A stretch of 64,000 nt of DNA, taken from the sequence record DRR723986_1769; one strand, given 5' to 3'. Every line of letters starts with the position of its first letter. Within the stretch, counting starts at the first letter, position 1. The position numbers and the translations under genes were made by a program. Below the pieces are notes generated by a model. The model made no database searches. It saw only the letters and a list, made by a program, of their open reading frames with translations, and was not told the origin of the DNA. Shown one piece after another: positions 58,432 to 64,000 of the stretch.

Positions 58432-59871
58432 TTATGCACCAGGCGCCAAACCCCCGGCATGCTCGGCAGCGATCGCTGAGGCAAATAGCTGCTCGTCGGC
58501 GGGAAGCTGTTTGGTTTGAGCCAACGGCCGCGACACCCAGGTAATGTTTACCAAGTCTTGCCAGCTAATATTATTGTTGGTGCCATTGCCGCCCCAACTG
58601 CCACAACCAAGCGAAAAGGTCTGGCGCATACCATTCCAAACATTACCACTATTCGACGGCGCTTGCGGCTGATTTACCATCACCCGCGAGGTAAACGTTT
58701 GCTCGGCATAGCGCTGGATATTGTCATCGCTGCGCGAGTAAATGCCGCAGCTATGCCCCTGCCCCTGATACGCCTGAATGGCATTGGTGGTGGCAATGGC
58801 CTCGTCCAGGTCGGCCACTCGATAGAAGGCCATTACCACCGACATTTTTTCCCCTGAGAAAGGATGCTCCGGGCCCGCGCCGGTTTCCGGCACGATGAAA
58901 AACTGCTTGCCCTCAGGCAGATCGATACCTGCCATTGCTGCCAATACCGATGCCGGCTGGGCGACAATTTTGCTGTTGATGTGGCCATCTTCCCAGATCA
59001 ACGCCTGTAAGCGCTGCTTTTCTTCCCTGTTGCAAATATAGCCGCCCTCGGCCTGAAGCTTGTCGAGCAGGCTGTCGGCGATAGCCTCGAACGCCACCAC
59101 CGAGTTATCGGAGGAACACGACGCTGCCAGATCCAGGGTTTTTGAAATACGAATTTTCTCCGCCGCCATCTCCAGGTCGGCGGTGTCATCAACCACAATC
59201 ACCGCATTGCCCGCACCAACGCCCAGTGCAGGCGTGCCGCTGGCATAGGCCGACTTCACCATTGCCGCGCCACCGGTGGCCAGAATGCGGTCGCACTGCT
59301 TCATTAATTCGTTGGTGCTTTCCAGTGAAGGCTGCTCAATCGCGATGACCAAATCCTCGGGAGCGCCCAGCGCGGCGATGGCGGCACGCATGCGATCGCA
59401 GATCATTTTATTGGTGAGCTTGGAGCGCGGGTGCGGCGCAATAATGATGGCATTGCGCCCTTTTACGGCAAAAATAGACTTAATCACCGGCGTCGCTTCG
59501 GGGTTAGTGCAGGGTGCCAAGGCGCCGATCACGCCGACGGGCTTGGCGATTTTAACAATATTGCGCTCGCGGTCCTCTTCGATCACACCCACGGATTTGT
59601 CGTGCAAAATATCGAACAGGGTTGCCCGCGTTTTCTTGGCGATTTTTAAATACTTGCCCTCGTAGTTACCCAACTGGGTTTCCTCTACGGTAAAGCGCGC
59701 CACGTCTTCGGCAACACCGGGTTTGGCAACCGCCCACACCATGGCGGTGATCAATTCATCAACCTGCTGCTGGCTGTAGTGCGCAATTTGCTGCTGAGCA
59801 GCGCGCGACCGCGCCATCAAACCTGCAATATAGTCGGCGGCGTTGGCCTCTGCCTGTTGGGTATTTTCCAT
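58432..59871 (-). CDS. CoA-acylating aldehyde dehydrogenase (AdhE-N/EutE/SauS-like family)
   Basis: PCTNP, APHP, ATGG, GVGAGN, SCSSDNS, EKMS, SLGCGSWGGN. Confidence 0.85.
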   Translation of the reverse strand: MENTQQAEANAADYIAGLMARSRAAQQQIAHYSQQQVDELITAMVWAVAKPGVAEDVARFTVEETQLGNYEGKYLKIAKKTRATLFDILHDKSVGVIEEDRERNIVKIAKPVGVIGALAPCTNPEATPVIKSIFAVKGRNAIIIAPHPRSKLTNKMICDRMRAAIAALGAPEDLVIAIEQPSLESTNELMKQCDRILATGGAAMVKSAYASGTPALGVGAGNAVIVVDDTADLEMAAEKIRISKTLDLAASCSSDNSVVAFEAIADSLLDKLQAEGGYICNREEKQRLQALIWEDGHINSKIVAQPASVLAAMAGIDLPEGKQFFIVPETGAGPEHPFSGEKMSVVMAFYRVADLDEAIATTNAIQAYQGQGHSCGIYSRSDDNIQRYAEQTFTSRVMVNQPQAPSNSGNVWNGMRQTFSLGCGSWGGNGTNNNISWQDLVNITWVSRPLAQTKQLPADEQLFASAIAAEHAGGLAPGA

Positions 59872-59964
59872 GGTGTTTACCTGCTGATCTCTGTGCCCCA
59901 GCAACCGTGCATAGGACGAAATTGTTAACAGGTCGCTATAAAACCACAGCCAAGCTGGCTTCTG

Positions 59965-59999
59965 GATTGACTATATTGGGCTATTGATGGACTATATTG
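59965..59999. promoter_or_regulatory. AraC-type direct-repeat operator
   Basis: GAT(T/G)GACTATATTG at 59965 and 59986 (13/14 identical, 21-bp period) between the operon and the divergent AraC gene. Confidence 0.7.
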
Positions 60000-60034
60000 C
60001 TACGCCAAAGAACCACTCCGGCTAGGCAATAATT

Positions 60035-60925
60035 ATGAGCATCACCTCTGACTGGCCCCTTCCCCCCAATGGCGTGCGCTTCCTCACACCCCAGCGCGTC
60101 GCCCAACAATTGGCCGCCCACCCACTGAGCGAGGCCCTGTATCCACTGGCCATGGGCTACTACCCTTATGCCCACGGCCACCGTATGGAGCGGGACCAGC
60201 ACGACAGTTTTCTGCTGATCTACTGCATTGATGGCAGTGGTGTTCTGCGCAGTGGCGAGCGCCAGTTCAGCATTGCCAGCGGGGATTTAATTTTGTTGCC
60301 CAAGGGCATGGCGCATCAGTACGCTGCGGACGACGACACGCCGTGGACCATTTACTGGCTACACTTTGACGGCCGATTGGCCGACGACTTTTATCGCCAC
60401 AGTCAGCTACACACTCCGCATATCCATATTGGCGTTCAACCCCGCGTGGTACGCATATTTGACGGCCTGTCAGAGTTGCGACGCAGCGCCTATCAACTCG
60501 CCGAGTTTATTCAGGGCTGCCACCAGTTGCAGGCCCTGTTGAGCTACATCGCCCTGCTGGTTCGCCAGCAACCCTCACGTGGCGGCAAGCGCCTGGATTG
60601 GGAACATATTCGTGCGGTAATGCAGGAGCATATTCACGGCCAGCTGAACTTAGAGACACTCGCAGCCAGCGCCAATATGTCGAAGTATCACTTTATTAAA
60701 AAGTTTAAGGCCTGGAGCGGGCAGTCGCCGATTCAGTACTTTATTCACATGAAAATACAGCGGGCTTGTTACCTGCTGGACAGCACGGCAATGTCGGTGA
60801 AGGAAGTGGCGGCCACGCTGGGCTATGACGATATGTATTATTTTTCACGGATTTTTAAAAAAGTGCTGGGCATTGCGCCCAGCGACTACCGACGCCATCG
60901 AGGCGCTATTCCACCACGCCCTTAA
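60035..60925 (+). CDS. AraC family regulator (MmsR-like)
   Basis: Cupin domain PWTIYWLHF; double HTH ending LGYDDMYYFSRIFKK. Confidence 0.9.
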   Translation: MSITSDWPLPPNGVRFLTPQRVAQQLAAHPLSEALYPLAMGYYPYAHGHRMERDQHDSFLLIYCIDGSGVLRSGERQFSIASGDLILLPKGMAHQYAADDDTPWTIYWLHFDGRLADDFYRHSQLHTPHIHIGVQPRVVRIFDGLSELRRSAYQLAEFIQGCHQLQALLSYIALLVRQQPSRGGKRLDWEHIRAVMQEHIHGQLNLETLAASANMSKYHFIKKFKAWSGQSPIQYFIHMKIQRACYLLDSTAMSVKEVAATLGYDDMYYFSRIFKKVLGIAPSDYRRHRGAIPPRP

Positions 60926-61704
60926 ACCAGCAGCTCCCCGGCCAATACGGTGCGGGCACTGCCCGATAACACGACCCGCTCGCTGTGTATGGCAATACCG
61001 ACGTTGCCACCGCGCGCGGAAATTTGCCGCGCCTGGAACGTATCGCGACCGAGCTTTTGCTGCCAGTAATGCGCCAACGCGCAGTGCGCCGAACCTGTTA
61101 CTGGATCCTCTTCAATACCGACAGCCGGTGCGAAGAAGCGCGATACGAAGTCATGCTGTTCGCCGCGAGCGGTAACGATTAAGCCCCTTACATTCAGGGC
61201 GGAGATAGCTGCGCTGTCAGCAGCAAAATTCTCCACCGCGCGCTGATCCGTCAGCTCCAGCAACAGGTCTTCCCCTGCCGTTGCCGCCGCTACGGCGCCA
61301 GCGGTGAGGCTGGCCGGCCAGCGGTCATAGCTACAGCTTTGCGTCACACACAGGGGAAAGTCCATCGACATACCATCGCCACGACGCTGCACGCGCAACT
61401 CGCCGCTCAGAGTGTCAAAGCGCAAGGTTTCGGCGCCGATCTGACACTGCTCCCACAGGGCGTGCGCACAAGCCAGCGTTGCATGACCGCAGAGGGACAC
61501 CTCCGCTTTCGGGGTAAACCAGCGCAGACTCCAGCATTCCCCTTGGCTGTCCAGTGGCTGAAGAAATGCGGTTTCAGAGAGGTTAAATTCCGCAGCGATC
61601 TTTTGCAGACTTTCGTCATCGAGCTGACGGTTTTGTAAAACGACCGCGGCCGGGTTACCGGAGAACGGCTGATCACTGAAGGCATCGACAATAAAACTTT
61701 TCAT
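60922..61704 (-). CDS. PhzF family protein
   Basis: VDAF...GNPAAV, LSETAF, LCGHATLA, EDPVTGSA. Confidence 0.9.
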   Translation of the reverse strand: MKSFIVDAFSDQPFSGNPAAVVLQNRQLDDESLQKIAAEFNLSETAFLQPLDSQGECWSLRWFTPKAEVSLCGHATLACAHALWEQCQIGAETLRFDTLSGELRVQRRGDGMSMDFPLCVTQSCSYDRWPASLTAGAVAAATAGEDLLLELTDQRAVENFAADSAAISALNVRGLIVTARGEQHDFVSRFFAPAVGIEEDPVTGSAHCALAHYWQQKLGRDTFQARQISARGGNVGIAIHSERVVLSGSARTVLAGELLV

Positions 61705-61726
61705 GTGTTGTTTTCCTTGTAGCGCA

Positions 61727-62430
61727 TTAGCCGTAAGCGCCATTGAGTATGTCTTCACAGAGTTGTGGCAACACTACACTGGCAGGGCCCTGGCGATGCT
61801 CGGCAAATTCGCTGGCGGGGCTCGCCGGCTCGATATTAACCTCAATACTGTGCGCACCGGCACGGCGCGCCTCATGAACGAAGCCAGCGGCGGGATACAC
61901 CTGCCCGGAGGTGCCTATGGCAATAAATAACTGGCACTGAGACAACGCCTGCTGAATATCGTCCATATACAGCGGCATCTCGCCAAACCATACCACGTGG
62001 GGACGCAGTGTCTGCGGCAAATTACAGCATTCACAATGCTGTGATGGCAGCAGATCCTGCCGGATCTCAAAACACTGGCCGCTATTGGCGCAGCGCATCT
62101 TCAGCAGCTCACCGTGCATATGCAGCAGCTTATTCGAACCGGCCCGCTCGTGAAGGTTGTCGATATTTTGGGTAACCAGTAGCAGGTCACCGGCAAAGTG
62201 TTTCTCCAACTCCGCCAGCGCAATATGAGCGGGATTGGGCGCAATATCAGCAGACAACAGCTGCTGGCGGCGACGGTTGTAAAAGTCATGGACTCGCTCG
62301 GGGTTGCCACCTCTTCAATGCGGTGCTCTTCCCAGAGGCCATCGGCCGCGCGAAAGGTCTGTATGCCCGACTCGGCGGAAATACCCGCGCCCGTTAACAC
62401 AACAATGCGTGACAGGGTTTGGCTACTCAT
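61727..62430 (-). pseudogene. cobB: NAD-dependent protein deacylase CobB, frameshifted near 62300
   Basis: [14 protein letters not shown] in one frame and [26 protein letters not shown] in another; about 7 codons missing at the junction. Confidence 0.85.
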
Positions 62431-62926
62431 ATACGACGCCCTCCAAAGGCTTCTCCATAAAGCGCGCGCTACCGTACTCCGGCCGCAGTTGGTAGTCGAC
62501 GAAGCCAAAGCGTTGATAGCTGTGCCGGGCAGCGGTATTGCCCTCTAATACCTCCAGCGTCAGCTTGCAGTAACCGCGCCTCTGCGCCAGTGTTTGAATA
62601 TGCGCCAGCATGGCCGAACACACGCCGCGCTGGCGCCAGGCGGGGTGCACGATAATGTCGTGGATATTTAACAGCGGCTTGGCTTTGAAGGTGGAAAACC
62701 CCACAAAGGCGTTGATCAGGCCAATGGCTTGCCCGCTGTCCCACGCAATGACACTGATCGCCCCCGGCTGCTCGGCCAGCGCATCACACAAACCCGACAC
62801 CACTTCTGGAGCCAGCGCTTCTGCACCACCCATTGGGTCTTTGGCGTAGCATTCCATCAGCGACGCGATCGCCTCACAATCACTCTCACAGGCATAGTCC
62901 GCCAGGCGACACTGCCAGTCTTTCAT
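62423..62926 (-). CDS. GNAT N-acetyltransferase
   Basis: [30 protein letters not shown]...Y..FGF. Confidence 0.88.
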   Translation of the reverse strand: MKDWQCRLADYACESDCEAIASLMECYAKDPMGGAEALAPEVVSGLCDALAEQPGAISVIAWDSGQAIGLINAFVGFSTFKAKPLLNIHDIIVHPAWRQRGVCSAMLAHIQTLAQRRGYCKLTLEVLEGNTAARHSYQRFGFVDYQLRPEYGSARFMEKPLEGVVYE

Positions 62927-63059
62927 TTGTTTCTCCCAACTTGCCAAACGCGCTTACGGCCCGCGGCGCACCACTTACCTGGCGCGTCATATTCACACTT
63001 CTAGCGGCCGCGCGCGTTACGTATACTCTGTGTCATAAACACCAATAAAGAGAACCGTT

Positions 63060-64000
63060 ATGTCCCAGAAACTCTTGCCTGTACTCGGCATCAGCGCCGC
63101 GCTAATGCTTAGCGGCTGCGGTAGCAGTTCATCCTCGTCAACGACCAATAACGGCTCGCCAAGTGGGAACGGTGGTGTTGCTGAGGCAAAAACCTTCAGC
63201 GACCAGGCCATTACCGCCGATGACGGCGAAACCATCGCCTTCACCGCCTACACACCGGAGAACCCGAGCGGCAAAGCCGTACCGCTGATTCTGCACGGTC
63301 ACGGCTTTGGTCTTTCCCGCGCAAAAAATCTGGAAAACCCCAATCCACTGGAAGCGTTTACAACCAAAGATGTTTCCGGTGATGTGGCTCGCCAAGCGTG
63401 GCTGGACAAGGGCTACTATGTGATCAGCTTCGACCAGCGCGGCTTCGGTGACAGCACCGGGAAAATTAGTGTGATGGACCCCGATGTGGATTGCAAAAGC
63501 ATTTCCTCCATCATCGACTGGGCCGAAATCAATCTACCGAATTTAAAGCGCGACAATGGCGACCCGCTGATTGGTTCGGTGGGACTCTCTTACGGCGGCG
63601 GCTTCCAGACCGTGTGCTCGAGCGTCGACAAACGCTTCGACGCTATTGTACCGCTGGCAACCTGGAGCCACCTGCCCTATAGCCTGTACGCCGACAGCAG
63701 CCCCAAAACCAGCTGGCTGGACGTGCTGGGCATCGCCTCGATGGGCAATCTGGAAGACTACCTGTGGCCGGCGTTTCTGCAGGCCAACTCCACCGGCAAC
63801 ATCGACCAGTCGGTCATCGATAAACTCGCCGGGCACGGCCCGCTGTCCTACTGCCTGGGTGAGCGCAGCGACGGCGGCACCTTATCCAAAGCAGACGCAC
63901 TGTTTATTCAGGGCGCTAACGATATCTTATTCAATGCCAACGAGGCTGTTGAGAATTACGAATGCTGGACCGGCCAAGGCCGGGACACCCACTTGTTTGT
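63060..64000 (+). CDS. CocE/NonD (S15-like) hydrolase lipoprotein, truncated by window end
   Basis: Translated by hand because it is absent from the ORF track: MSQKLL...LSGC lipobox, HGHGFG, FDQRGFGDS, GLSYGG nucleophile. Confidence 0.82.
   Translation, partial: MSQKLLPVLGISAALMLSGCGSSSSSSTTNNGSPSGNGGVAEAKTFSDQAITADDGETIAFTAYTPENPSGKAVPLILHGHGFGLSRAKNLENPNPLEAFTTKDVSGDVARQAWLDKGYYVISFDQRGFGDSTGKISVMDPDVDCKSISSIIDWAEINLPNLKRDNGDPLIGSVGLSYGGGFQTVCSSVDKRFDAIVPLATWSHLPYSLYADSSPKTSWLDVLGIASMGNLEDYLWPAFLQANSTGNIDQSVIDKLAGHGPLSYCLGERSDGGTLSKADALFIQGANDILFNANEAVENYECWTGQGRDTHLF

Noticed and set aside
58432-59871. sauS of a sulfoacetate pathway, or plain mmsA
   Set aside because: No sauT/sauU-like neighbours and the context is branched-chain acyl-CoA catabolism; MmsA motifs are absent. 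No gene symbol assigned.
1-64000. Numerous overlapping or antisense ORFs in the six-frame track (e.g. 18554-19324, 24074-24775, 29644-30375, 57325-58143)
   Set aside because: They are shadows of well-supported genes in GC-rich DNA with no recognisable motifs.
1-64000. tRNA, rRNA, IS transposase or prophage genes
   Set aside because: None recognised by eye; a tRNAscan/ISEScan run would be needed to exclude them formally.

Overview
GC-rich gammaproteobacterial chromosome segment (gene content suggests a marine Cellvibrionales/Spongiibacteraceae-like organism; inference only). Most of the window is housekeeping and accessory metabolism: two DEAD-box helicases, a cold-shock protein, ppiC, argG, a Fur-boxed TonB receptor/PepSY pair, a cobalamin-riboswitch-controlled TonB receptor/PepSY pair, a RegB/RegA-type two-component system, several regulators and hydrolases, and a valine/isobutyrate catabolic (mms-like) operon. 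The standout structure is an AT-rich integron cassette array on the minus strand (~47.2-54.0 kb): about 11 single-gene cassettes separated by attC sites, starting at an attI-like site near 53992, with NO integrase gene beside it. attC quality decays away from attI, and the proximal cassettes include a HEPN-motif protein and a PLD-like protein (candidate anti-phage genes). Other notable items: the mms operon uses an AdhE/SauS-type acylating aldehyde dehydrogenase in place of MmsA, a pore-less voltage-sensor-like membrane protein, a frameshifted cobB, a thiolase lacking its second catalytic Cys, and a Cys-rich secreted protein. All calls come from reading motifs by eye; no database searches were run.
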